From positions 160,001 through 224,000 of the forward strand of contig CAXXMR010000020.1 of NCBI GenBank assembly GCA_963663805.2: a stretch of 64,000 bases of DNA, read 5' to 3'. The position numbers and the translations under genes were made by a program. Below, in pieces: positions 18,881 through 30,005 of this stretch; position 1 is the first letter of the stretch; each line of letters opens with the position of its first letter. Origin of the DNA: Sedimentisphaerales bacterium (GTDB taxonomy: Bacteria; Planctomycetota; Phycisphaerae; Sedimentisphaerales; SM23-30). The notes beneath the pieces were generated by a model. It was given only the letters and a program-made list of their open reading frames with translations, ran no database searches and had not been told where the DNA came from.

Positions 18881-21800
18881 GTGCAAAAAGGAACTCTGTT
18901 AAGCCTGATTATACTATTATCAATCTCCACCTCCTCCCTCGCCTTTAACGGTGATATGGGTACAGGCACTCAACCGCTTACCGATGGTTCAGAAGATTAT
19001 CCGTGGCTGATAGAGGACCTTGATGATTTTGACGAGTTTGTCAGCAACTCAATCTATTGGGGCCAGGGAGTAAATACCAAGCTTGCCATTGACATTGACT
19101 TGACTGAAAAAGAATATTGCTCGTCAGTAATCGAAGTATTCGAGGGTGTCTTTGATGGGGACAACCACGTCATTGACAATTTGACCATCAAGGCAAGTGA
19201 GGAATATAGCGGTGATCTAGGTTTTTGGGGAACAATAAACGATTCTGGAAGTATTTCTAATCTTGCAGTGATTAACTGTAAGATTACCGGAAGCAATATA
19301 CGCTGTCTGGGTATACTGGTCGGGCTTAATAGCGGCACCATTTCTTATTGCCATACTGAAGGTGAAGTCAAGAATGCACAACATGGTATTGGAGGCTTGA
19401 TAGGACAAAATAATTCTGGTACAGTATCAAATTGCCATGCTTCAGTAAATGTAAGTGGAATGGATGCTGTTGGAGGACTGATTGGAGATAACTGTGACAG
19501 TATCATATCACACTGTTATGCAACCGGAGAAGTCAGGGCTTCCTATACTGCCGGCGGTCTAATAGGCAAAAGTGAAAATTCGGACATTACTGATTGTTAT
19601 GCCACAGGTAGCGTAATTGGCTCCATGATAGTTGGCGGGCTAATAGCTGAGAGCTATGAAGATAATATTTCAAATTGTTACGCGACAGGAAATGTTTTCA
19701 ATGGCTATAATGAACGTATCGAGCCCATCAGGGATGCAGGCGGTCTGGTGGGTCTTACTTTTAATGATACTATTTCAAACTGCTATGCCACAGGCAAGGT
19801 GCTTTCTTATCTTGGTCAAAAATGCGGCGGATTGATCGGCTCTGATTTTGCCGGTACCATTCTTGATTGTTATGCCACAGGTGAAATTTACAATGAGGGA
19901 TTTGATCCTTCAAGCATAGGTGGTTTGGTTGGGGCGTGCAATGGAATTATTTCTGAATGTTATGCTTCAAGTAATATAATATCACATACTCATAGTATGT
20001 CCAATTCTGACCTTGGAGGACTCATCGGAAACCTATCCGGGGAATCATCACAAATAACAAACTGTTATGCCGCCGGCAAAATTGAAACAGGAGATGAAGA
20101 TTCTGATATTGGCGGGTTGTGTGGTAGAAATCATGATGGATATATAAGCAACTGTTACACTATCTGTACTCTGGATTGTGTCGGTGACAATATTGGCGGA
20201 CTTATTGGGGGTAACGAGGGGACCATGACAGCGTGTTTCTGGGACACTCAGGCTTGCGGCATAGCAAACGCTGTAGGTTCCGGCTTATCCGACGGCGGCG
20301 AGGGGAAAACCACCATTCAGATGCAGACCCTGTCCACCTTTGCCAATGCTTACTGGGATTTTTCTATCGACGATGGAGATGAGGCAGACTGGCAGATGAT
20401 TGATAATTATTATCCGGTATTGTCAAATCAACCATCAAATACAGAAGCATTACCCGACGTGATCGGCTTGCCGCAAACACAGGCAGAAACTCTGCTTGCC
20501 ACAGCCTCATTTGAGACTATGGAATTCGAGTACGTCTACAGTGAAACAATATCCTCCGGACTGGTAATAAGCCAGTCGCCGCAAGGCGGTATTGACCTGC
20601 CAAACTATACAAAAATTAAAATGCAAATATCCTTAGGGATAAAATATCCCGGAGAAGGTGAGTATTGCGAACCTTACCAGATCAGTACTGCGGCCCACTG
20701 GCAGGCATTGATGCACACCCCTTCAGACTGGGAATCATATAAAAATTTCATTTTAACTAATGATATAGATTTGAGCGGCATCAGAATCATACCAGTTGGA
20801 AATATAGGCAATTTCTTTCAAGGAGAATTTGATGGACAGGGATACACCATCCATAATATTCTTATCGACAATTCTTCTGGTGGCAACACCGGCTTGTTTG
20901 GTGCAATAGATAACATTGCCCGAATCAGGAATCTTAATCTGGAGAATGTATCCGTAAAGGGTAATCAATATACTGGAGGATTGATTGGTTTCAACTACGA
21001 GGGCGTTGTCTCAAACTGTAATGTTATGGGCAATATTTCCGGGAATTTTTATACCGGAGGGCTGATAGGATATAATAGGGGAGGAGAAGTATCAAACTGC
21101 ACCAATAACGCAAGTGTTACCGGCGGGATCAATACCGGCGGTTTAATTGGCTGGAATTTTAATGGCGATATTAAATATTGTGCCAATACTTCAAACGTAA
21201 CCGGAGAAATTGCCGGAGGATTGATCGGTAAGCAGGAAGGCATACTATCTTTCTGCCATAGTACCGGGGATGTTTCCACAAACAATGGCACCGCAGGTGG
21301 TTTATGCGGCATTAATTATTATGGATTGATTCGGCAGTGCTATGCTTCTGGAAATACAACTGTTATGGTCGGTAATGCTGGAGGATTATGCGGCATTAAT
21401 GGTGGATTGATTTGGCAGTGCTATGCTTCTGGAGATGCAACTGTTATGGCCGGTAATACCGGAGGATTATGCGGCATTAATGAAGACGATATTACACAAT
21501 GCTATGCTACAGGAACTGTGACATGTCCCACTCCAGGTAATGTCGGTGGGTTATGCGGCCATAATGAAGGTGATATCACACAATGCTATGCCACCGGGAC
21601 TGTGACATGTCCCGCTCCGGGTAATGTCGGAGGGTTGGTTGGATATTCTGATAGCTATTATATATACAAGTGCTATTCCACCGGACGGGTTCTGGCCGTC
21701 GGTGAAAATGTGGGCGGTTTAATTGGTAATGGTTATGCCTCCTGGTGCCTTTGGGACATTCAAACCAGCGGTCAGGAATATAGCGCCGGCGGTATCGGTA

Positions 21801-22135
21801 TGACGACAGAAGAAATGAAAAATTCACTTACCTATATTGATATAGGCTGGTATTTTTACAATCAATATAGTGATGTATTCGAAACAACCTGGCGCATGTG
21901 TGCAGATGGTGTTGACTACCCTCGTTTCACCTGGGAACATTATAATAATGCAGATTATGCCTGCCCCAACGGAACCGATCTGGTTGATTACGCCCTTTTT
22001 GCTCAATATTTCCTTGAATATGACTGTGGCAATGAAAACGAAAATTGTTACGTGTTCAACTTAAACCATTCGGGGACTGTCGATTTTGAAGATTGTATAA
22101 TCTTCAGCCAATACTGGCTGTTAAATACCCCGTAA
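18881..22135 (+). CDS. Secreted GLUG-motif protein with PASTA and dockerin-like domains
   Basis: Shared first ~46 aa; GGLIG repeats; PASTA-like LPDVIGLPQTQAETLL...GLVISQSP...ISLG; NLNHSGTVDFED...WL. Confidence 0.85.
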   Translation: MQKGTLLSLIILLSISTSSLAFNGDMGTGTQPLTDGSEDYPWLIEDLDDFDEFVSNSIYWGQGVNTKLAIDIDLTEKEYCSSVIEVFEGVFDGDNHVIDNLTIKASEEYSGDLGFWGTINDSGSISNLAVINCKITGSNIRCLGILVGLNSGTISYCHTEGEVKNAQHGIGGLIGQNNSGTVSNCHASVNVSGMDAVGGLIGDNCDSIISHCYATGEVRASYTAGGLIGKSENSDITDCYATGSVIGSMIVGGLIAESYEDNISNCYATGNVFNGYNERIEPIRDAGGLVGLTFNDTISNCYATGKVLSYLGQKCGGLIGSDFAGTILDCYATGEIYNEGFDPSSIGGLVGACNGIISECYASSNIISHTHSMSNSDLGGLIGNLSGESSQITNCYAAGKIETGDEDSDIGGLCGRNHDGYISNCYTICTLDCVGDNIGGLIGGNEGTMTACFWDTQACGIANAVGSGLSDGGEGKTTIQMQTLSTFANAYWDFSIDDGDEADWQMIDNYYPVLSNQPSNTEALPDVIGLPQTQAETLLATASFETMEFEYVYSETISSGLVISQSPQGGIDLPNYTKIKMQISLGIKYPGEGEYCEPYQISTAAHWQALMHTPSDWESYKNFILTNDIDLSGIRIIPVGNIGNFFQGEFDGQGYTIHNILIDNSSGGNTGLFGAIDNIARIRNLNLENVSVKGNQYTGGLIGFNYEGVVSNCNVMGNISGNFYTGGLIGYNRGGEVSNCTNNASVTGGINTGGLIGWNFNGDIKYCANTSNVTGEIAGGLIGKQEGILSFCHSTGDVSTNNGTAGGLCGINYYGLIRQCYASGNTTVMVGNAGGLCGINGGLIWQCYASGDATVMAGNTGGLCGINEDDITQCYATGTVTCPTPGNVGGLCGHNEGDITQCYATGTVTCPAPGNVGGLVGYSDSYYIYKCYSTGRVLAVGENVGGLIGNGYASWCLWDIQTSGQEYSAGGIGMTTEEMKNSLTYIDIGWYFYNQYSDVFETTWRMCADGVDYPRFTWEHYNNADYACPNGTDLVDYALFAQYFLEYDCGNENENCYVFNLNHSGTVDFEDCIIFSQYWLLNTP

Positions 22136-22267
22136 ACCTGCCAGGGCTTGCTGGTTTATCCTCCAGAAACTTAGTTCAGAGTGGCTGGAAGGTTTTTGAG
22201 AGCGATATCGCCTTATTAACACAGATATCCGCAATTTTGCCAGTTTAAGGAGCGATAACCCCAATTT

Positions 22268-22600
22268 ACTTTGCTCCTGCGCACGCAGCGCAGCTCTTAC
22301 GCTGGCTGCGCAGGTCCTCCGCTGCGAGCGCAGACATTCCGTTGCGTGCGCAGGCCTTACGCTGGGAGCGCAGCTCTTACGCACCGTGCGCAGCTTCTCC
22401 GCTGCCAGCGCAGTCTTTACGCTGCGATCGTAGCCCTTCCGATGCGAGCGGAACTTTGCCGCACGCAGCGCAGGCCTTGGGCTGCGAGCATAGGCCTTCC
22501 GCTGGCAGCGCAGCCTTTCTGCTGCGAGCGTAGTTCTTCCGCTGGCAGAGGGACTCCCCTGCTGATAGCACCGGGCTTACTCCGGCAGCGTTACAGCCGG
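22268..22600. repeat. Degenerate tandem array with exact 20-bp period, about 15 units
   Basis: GCGCAG-like anchors at 22288, 22308, ... 22568 with no indels; consensus about GCGCAGNNNTT(A/C)CGCTGSSA. Confidence 0.9.
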
Positions 22601-22603
22601 GCC

Positions 22604-22906
22604 GTAAGTTTCCGGCCAAGTAGACCTTGGCTGACAATTGGTGGATTGCGGTTGGGGCGGGTTAATTTTGCGGGGTTTTCCAGTTGGCGGGCAGGAGGGT
22701 GTCGATTTGGTTGGCGCCGGTGGTGGAGATTTTTCTGAGGACATAATTGAAATACGCGAATGGGTCGTGATTGTGGAGTTTGCAGCCGGCGACCAGGCTG
22801 TAGATTATGGCGGCGCGTTCGGCTCCGGCTTCGCTGCCGGCGAACATATAATTTTTTCGGCCAATGACTACCATTCTCAGCGTTCGTTCCGAAAGATTAT
22901 TATCGA
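22604..22906 (-). mobile_element. IS66-family remnant (right end plus TnpC C-terminus)
   Basis: IDNNLSERTLR.VVIGRKNYMFAGS...YSLVAGCKL; GTAAG terminus at 22604. Confidence 0.85.
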
Positions 22907-23106
22907 TGCTAATCACCAGTGATATGGAATTCTCCCATTTTCGGGCTGTTGCACTCGCCCTGGAAAGAATTGGTGATTAGCATTGAAAATGGAGCCAGAT
23001 TTGCGGGTTTTCTCTTCTGAAAAAGCATCGAAAAAGGAGCCACTGTAAAAGGCCGATAAGATGTGTTTAAGATACGTAACATTTTAGACACAGGAGGCTT
23101 AGAAAG

Positions 23107-24594
23107 GTGCTTACAGTGGAGCATTATGAGATTATCAGACGTAAAGTTCGTGATGGGATATCGCAACGTGAGGTTGCCCTGGAGCTGGGGCATTCGCGTA
23201 ACACGGTGGCCAAGGCCCTGAAAAATCCGATTCCGCCGGGCTATCGGCTCAGTCAGCCGCGGGTCAAGGCTGTCATGGATCCCTTCGCGCACATTATTGA
23301 CACCTGGCTGGAATCTGACAAAAAGGTTCGGCGTAAGCAGCGGATGCAGGCGACCAAAATGTATCAGCGGCTTTGTGACGAGTATGGTTTCACCGGCCAT
23401 TACAGCACTGTCCAGCGGTATATCAAGGAGGCGAGTAATCGCCAAAAAGAAGCTTACCTGCCGTTAGCGTTTGAGTTTGGCGAAGAAGCCCAGGTTGACT
23501 GGCATGAAGCTAACATTAAAGAAAACGGCAGGGAGAAGAAGGTCTACGTTTTTTGCATGAAGCTGTGCTGTTCTAAGGCTCCTTTTGTTTGTGCTTACGA
23601 GAGCATGAAGATCGAATGTTTTCTTGACGGCCATGTCCGGGCGTTTGAATATTTCGGCGGCGTGCCCAAACGCATTGCTTACGACAATTTAAAAACTGCG
23701 GTTCTAAAGGTTCTCAAAAAAGGCAAGCGTCGGCTCAACCGCAAATTCGTAGAGCTTAAGAGTTGGTATTTGTTTGACACTCGTTTTTGCAATGTCGCTA
23801 AAGGTAATGAAAAAGGCGATGTCGAGAATCTCGCCAAGCGAAGTGAAAGGCAGTTCTTCTCTCCGGTTCCGAGAGTTACCGATATGGCTCAGCTGAATGA
23901 GATGCTGATTGCTCAGTGTATCAAAGAACTGGATCGCCAGGGCCCTGCACCTCATACGAATAAAACCATTGGCGATTTATTTGCAGAAGAGAAAACACAT
24001 TTATACGAACTGCCTGAGCAGAAGTTTGAAGCCTGTCGTCGAATATCCACCTTTGCGGACAAACAGCTTACAGTACGGGTTGATACTAACCGGTATTCGG
24101 TGCCGACGGAGTATGCCTATCAATCTTGCCAGGTCAAGGTATTCGTTGACCGGGTTGACCTGTTCTATAAAAATGAGCTGGTTGCCTCGCATTCCAGATG
24201 TTACGATAAAGACCAGTATATCCTGGATCCGCTGCATTATATCAAACTTTTAGAGCGTAAGCCCGGTTCGCTGGATAATGCTCGGCCATTCAAGGGCCAG
24301 CCCTGGGGCGAAGATTTCACCTTGATGCGAACAGAGCTTGAATATCGATACGGCAGTGAAGGGACCGGTAAATACATCAACATCCTGCTGCTCTTTATCA
24401 GGCATCCGCAAAAAGAAGTTGAACATGCCGTTGGTGTTTGTGTCAAGTGCCGGGCGTTCAGCGATGAAGCGGTGGAAAGCTTTTTACGTAACGGCTCACA
24501 ATTGAACCTTGCCGGCAATCAAGTCCTGGTAAACCAAGGCGATGGCAAACGCAATCTCGATGTTTATAACCAGTTGGCCGGGGAGGTAGCATGA
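23107..24594 (+). CDS. istA: IS21 transposase
   Basis: EAQVDW, YDNLKTAV, NEKGDVE, NRYSVP. Confidence 0.93.
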   Translation: MLTVEHYEIIRRKVRDGISQREVALELGHSRNTVAKALKNPIPPGYRLSQPRVKAVMDPFAHIIDTWLESDKKVRRKQRMQATKMYQRLCDEYGFTGHYSTVQRYIKEASNRQKEAYLPLAFEFGEEAQVDWHEANIKENGREKKVYVFCMKLCCSKAPFVCAYESMKIECFLDGHVRAFEYFGGVPKRIAYDNLKTAVLKVLKKGKRRLNRKFVELKSWYLFDTRFCNVAKGNEKGDVENLAKRSERQFFSPVPRVTDMAQLNEMLIAQCIKELDRQGPAPHTNKTIGDLFAEEKTHLYELPEQKFEACRRISTFADKQLTVRVDTNRYSVPTEYAYQSCQVKVFVDRVDLFYKNELVASHSRCYDKDQYILDPLHYIKLLERKPGSLDNARPFKGQPWGEDFTLMRTELEYRYGSEGTGKYINILLLFIRHPQKEVEHAVGVCVKCRAFSDEAVESFLRNGSQLNLAGNQVLVNQGDGKRNLDVYNQLAGEVA

Positions 24595-25354
24595 AAGATC
24601 CAATGGTTTTATTAAAAAGCTATCTCAAGACCCTGAAGCTTCCGACAATTCAAAAAGAGTATCAGACAATTGCCCGGGCATCCGCCCAGGCAAACGAATC
24701 CTATGAAAGTTACCTGCAAAGACTGGCCGAAATCGAAGTCTTTCATCGACAGTCGCAGGCCATCGCCAGGAGATTGAAACAGGCAAACTTCCCATGACTA
24801 AGGAACTTGAAAGTTTTGATTTTATGGCCGTGCCGCAGATAAATAAAAAACAGATTATCGACCTTTCGATGTGCGGCTTTATCGACCGCCGCAGTAATAT
24901 CGTCTTTACCGGCCCGCCGGGCGTGGGTAAAAGTCATCTGGCCATCGCCCTCGGCCGGGAAGCCTGCCGACGAGGTTATAAAGTGCGGTTCTTTACCGCT
25001 GCTGAACTGGTTAATACGTATCTCGAAGCCCGACAGGAAAGAGCGGTGTTGAAATTAGAGAGCTATATAAAAAAATGCGACCTGATCATCATCGATGAAC
25101 TGGGCTATGTCCCGTTCGACCGTATCGGAGCGGAACATCTGTTCGGCTTTTTCAGCCAGTGCTATGAACAAACCAGCCTGATCGTAACAACGAATCTGCC
25201 ATTCGCCGATTGGCCCCAGGTCTTTGGCGATGATGAAAGATTAGCCGGTGCTCTGCTGGACCGACTGACCCACCATGTGAGCGTGGTCGAAATCATAACC
25301 GACAGCTGGCGACTTAACCAGAGTTTAGAGAAAAAACGGAAAAAAGAAGGCTAA
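24591..25354 (+). CDS. istB: IS21 helper ATPase, frameshifted near 24792
   Basis: GPPGVGKS, IIDELGY, ALLDRLTHH; frames join as ANFPMTK if one C is added to the CCC run. Confidence 0.88.
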
Positions 25355-25785
25355 GAAAGCCTCAATCCAACGAAAAAGGACCAGAATCCCTATTGACAAC
25401 GCCGAAATCGGCGTTATTTTACTAACCTAAGTGGCTCAGATTTCGATGCAAATCTGGCTCCATTTTCAATACTAATCACCAAAGAATCGGCGATCCCGCC
25501 GCTGCTCCGTCTCTGCACAGCCTGCTGAGTCTGCCCGGCGTAATGGGGCATACGATTACTTATGAAACCGTAACTTCACCCGATGTGGTGTTCATGACCG
25601 ATCGTTCTCTGTCGTTACGTGAGTTGATCGTAGCTCGATCATTATACAACTGCGGTGACTGGGAAAATCTGGCACACAAGGTGCTCAAATCTTACAAAAG
25701 AGACCTGCGCGGCCATTATGCCCTCCACGCCCAATCCATTGTCTTCATCAAAAATAGATCCGAGGGAAAAAATTAGAGATTTTCA

Positions 25786-27311
25786 GACTCTGTAGCATCT
25801 TTACCGGCAACATAGCATTCCAGTCCTTTCTTCATGAAGTGTTGTTGTAGTTCGTAAACGGCCTTGGGACTGCTCGTCACGCTGCATATCAATAGCCACC
25901 CGCTGGCTGATATTGGTTTGAGTTCGCACTCGATAGACACTCTTCTGCATTTTTCGATGGCGGCGATAGCCCCGTTCAACCGCGTTGGACGTTGACGGCA
26001 GTTGTGAATCATCAAGGAAGGTCAACGCCTTTTCGATATTGGGGGTGAACAATTTCTTAAGAGTCTGTCGCAAGGTTTTGAATCGCCCAATTCGCCGGCG
26101 TAACACAGCCAACTTTTCCAATGCCGTTTCCGTTCGACAACGACGGTCAAAAAGACGATAAACCTGATCCATGATCGAGCGTAAATTTCTCAGGTTTGGC
26201 AAGCCTCTGGTTATATGCAAAAACTTCTTCTTATCCTTCGAACTCAATGAATGTTGTACAAATAAATATCTGTGCTCAAACAGATCGGCAATTTTCTTTT
26301 CCTGTTTCTTCTTGCGTGATGCCGCTTTCTTCGCGGAAGAAGACGATGGACGGCCACGTTTCAGCTTGGGCAACTTTGCCTTGAGCTCTCGTCGTACTTT
26401 CGTAACAGCTTTGAGTATTTCTCTGTTGATCTCCTTGAGGACATGAAATTCGCACACCTGATGAGCAGCGTCAGGAAATATCAGCGCCAATGGCTCCGGA
26501 TATAAAGGCGAGCCGTCGGTCGTAACACCCCGTAATGTCAGCGTTCTTTGTACCAGTTCGGTCCGAAACCGAAAGGAAAAGTTTGTTATATCTTCATGAG
26601 TGGGATTATGGTCAAGAACCTCGTAGATGAGCCGTTTGAAGGTGTGGTTATCCACTATGGATAAGACGCAGAATGGCCCATCATATAATTCGTCCGCTGC
26701 AATATAGCCGGAGAAATCAGCCAGAACACCATCAAGGTACTCAGTTGTAATTCGTTGCTCAGCTTTTTTTCCCCGTCGCCTCAACCCAGTTTTGAATTGT
26801 AGCCCAAGGGACAAAAACTCTGTGGTCTCGCCACAAGTGCCATGATGCCGGGCGGTACGGCAGGCCGTCCTCCACAACCAAACGCACGGCCAGGTGAACA
26901 ACCCGACGGGTATAGTGACAGCCGGGGTCCGCAAGATCAGTGAGGTCGGCATTGAAGTATCGTTTGCATTTTGAACAACGATGCTGTGAATAGCTGACCC
27001 AAATCTCGATGGGACGGTTGGCAGCCAGGTCTCCGAGGTCATGCAGTTTTCGCCTGAAGACTTTGTCTCGATACGACGAGTGGCCGCAATGGGGGCAAGG
27101 ACGCTTTTTGTAGGTGCGTGAACGCCGTTTGATTTTTGCTTTCGGTAAATCTTCAACACCAGTAATACCTTCGGTTATATCGGATACGTATTCGCCTGGC
27201 CCAGCCATAATCGTCTCTCCTGGAAAATTCCACTGGTCTGTTCTTCCAGGAGTTTTATCGGCTAATTTGCGAAAATCTCATTAAAAATGCCGGTATCTAT
27301 GCTACAGTCTC
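25786..27311 (-). mobile_element. IS256/MULE-like element, copy 1 (two-ORF transposase 27208-25801)
   Basis: Ends gagactgtagc / gctacagagtc; 1526 bp, matching 39011-40536; CPHCG finger, ADELYDG, TTDG, QVCEFH, SNAVER; GGGGAAAAAAAG at the ORF overlap. Family assignment is tentative. Confidence 0.85.
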
Positions 27312-27347
27312 AAATTTTGCTATATTTTTGCTGGTAACTTCCAGAAA

Positions 27348-29979
27348 TTACCGTATTTTATCTTCGGATGATTTTTTGCCTATTACGGCATCAAAAACTG
27401 TCAAGCCCTCAATAGGCTTTTTTTGTCTGGGCAGAACCAGACTGACGATCGAACCGATGGTAAAACAAAGTACGACCCCGGCGATAGCGTTGAGCACTCC
27501 GCACATCGGCGTAAACTTCTGCAAGAGGAACAAGGCCACCGCACCTAGTAACGCTCCCAGTAACGCTCCCAGGCCGGTAGTGTGTCTGGTAAAAATCCCC
27601 AGCATAAACAGCCCGCACATAATCCCGCCGAACAAACCCATCACCGTTACCAGAAATACCTCATAAGCCGAACGAATATCCGATATCACCAACAGCAAAG
27701 CCGAAGCCGTGCCCAGCATGCCCAGTAAAAGCGTTAAGACCCGAGCGGTTCTCAGATAACCGCGTTCCGTCTTCACTAGATTAAAACGCCGAATAATATC
27801 AGTTGTAATAGTACTGGAGACACTGTTGATACTTGTGGATATAGTCGATTGAGCTGCCGCGAATATCCCCGCTATAACCATTCCCGCCAAACCCACCGGC
27901 ATTTGATGCGAGATGAATTGCGGAAAAATAGCATCGGTTTTGAACGTCGGGTCCAGAAGTTCCGGGTTCTCTTTATAAAATACGAACAAGGCTGTACCCA
28001 GCACGAAAAATAAGATCGCCGCTAAAAATGAAAGGATACCATTTATCCAGATAGCGCCTGCGGCTTGCTTCTGAGTAGGCGTAACCATATAACGCTGAAC
28101 CACCGCCTGGTCCGAAGAGTAGGGCACGATCAATTGACCGATCCCGCCCAGTATAACAACCCAGAAAGCCGTAGTTGTAAAACTCGTTGTACTCCAGTCC
28201 CAGTTTATCATATGAAGTTTATGTTCGGTATTAGCGATTGATACAAACCCTGCGAATCCGCCGTCAACATTAGCGATAATAAGTATAAAACTCGCCACTG
28301 CCGTGCCCAGCAGGATTACACTTTGGATCGAATCCGTCCAGACCACCGCGATAATCCCGCCCATTGTGCAGTAAAGCGTACTGATAACCCCCATAATCAA
28401 GACACACTGAATTTCGCTCAAAGGCGTCACCGCCGCCAAAGCCAGAGCCGGCAGATACAATACTATCGCCATCCGGCCCACCTGAAAAACCGCGAACAAA
28501 AGACTGCAAAACAGCCGCACTTCAATATTGAATCGCTTCTCCAGATACTCATAAGCACTGACCGCGTCAATTTGCCGAAAGAACGGCAGCACATACTTGA
28601 TCGTAAAAGGTGTAATCGCGAGAATCGGCAGACTAAGCAGCAGAAATACCAAATCGGTAGCGTAAGCCTTCGCCGGCACAGCGATAAAGCAAATCGAGCT
28701 TAGCAGGGTCGCGAACATACTCAGCCCTGCCAGCGTTTTATTTATCTGCTTGCCGCCCCGGAAAAAATCATCGGTGTTTTTATTGCGAAACGAGAAAAAG
28801 TAACCAACGCCCACCATGGCCGCCAGATAAACCGCCAAAGTAATGAAGTTAACGACACCGAAATCCTTTTTGATTGAGACTGGCGTAAGTTTCCAGCTTT
28901 GAGTTGTCCGCACCCGCGGCTTGATCTCACCGCCTGCCAATATGAAACCGCCATCCCACCGCACCGCTGTCGTAGTAACAGGCCCTGCCGGCATTATTCC
29001 TGCCGCTACCCATGTATTCGTAATGGTATGATAAGCGTAAATCTCATGGGCAAAACCGGGATGGTCCAGTTTTAACTCCTCTGCCGCGGCAAAATGATCG
29101 CCCGGATCGCCGCCCAGTACGAAAATATGGCTTTGCCCTACAGAGATGTCCTGCACCTGCCATTACACAAGCCGGTACATCCGCTCTCTTACGCCACATA
29201 CCAACATCGCCGGAGGGATTGTATTCGTAAAAATCGTTAAGGAATTCCGCAGCGGATGTCTCTGTTTCTGACCTGCGGCCGCTCATAACATAAACGCAAT
29301 TTGCGAATCCGTTATGTTGACCCGTTGTGATATGAAATGCCCGATTTGGCCCGGGCCATCCCTCCAGCTCTTGCCAACCAAACTCATCCGTCCCGAAGTT
29401 ACCTGTGTCCAGCACAAGAAAATCATTTGTGGCCGTATCCAGCGTCAAGCCACGCTGCCCACCCGCCAGATAAATCTTATCGCCAACCATTGTCGCGGAT
29501 GTAAACACACATCCCGCCGGTAATGACGGCAGATATTCCTGCTTAACACTTGCGGTCGCGTCATCCCACCTTAAAATAAAAACCTTTTCAAAAACCGTTT
29601 CTCCATCACAACCGCCGATGCAAAATACCCCGCGATTTGTCGATACCGACCCGCCGTAGCCCACCGGATAGTCAAGCCTGCCTCCGTCTCGCCATTCATA
29701 TTTCACCTCACCTTCAGGCGAGTTTATTTTGCGTAATACCCATATCCTGTCGCTCCATTCCTTTTTGTTTTCCCATACCGGTTCTGCGAAATTCGCGCCG
29801 CCCGCTAGAATAACCACATCATTATGAACCCCTGTAAAAGCACCGCCCACTCCCGGTGCTGCCGGCAGATCCGGTAGGCTTTGCCATTCGAAATATTCTT
29901 TATTATCCACCCCAGGACTAATATTCACGCTAACCAGAATAAAAAATATCGCCGTCAAAAACAGTTTCGTATAATGCAT
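27348..29979 (-). CDS. Kelch (NanM-like mutarotase) fused to a sodium:solute symporter (SiaT-like), frameshift near 29150
   Basis: AGGANF, GGEIKPRVRT kelch motifs; FFRGG, SAYEYLEKRF, DQAVVQRY, AAAQST SSS motifs; frames join at MAGAG/ISVGQSH with one extra base. Confidence 0.85.
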
Positions 29980-30005
29980 ACAATCTCTTTCTTTTTGATC
30001 TGTTT

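Larger units (their letters stand above)
22971..25481 (+). mobile_element. IS21-family element
   Basis: TG...CA IRs tggtgattagcattgaaaatggagcc / ggctccattttcaatactaatcacca; 6-bp duplication AAGAAT. Confidence 0.95.
22919..25776 (+). pseudogene. 3' remnant of a HEAT-repeat protein (probably an FAD-dependent oxidoreductase), split by IS21
   Basis: Removing IS21 gives DMEFSHFRAVALALERIGDPAAAPSLHSLL...LRELIVARSLYNCGD...DLRGHYALHA in frame; family assignment is from recall. Confidence 0.6.

Noticed and set aside
22268..22600. CRISPR or TIGR-type guide array
   Set aside because: No constant repeat with unique spacers; the 9-nt loops resemble each other; period is 20; no cas or Nop-domain gene seen.
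22121..22738. ORFs over the 20-bp array
   Set aside because: Open in several frames on both strands because of low-complexity GC sequence; no RBS or recognisable domain.
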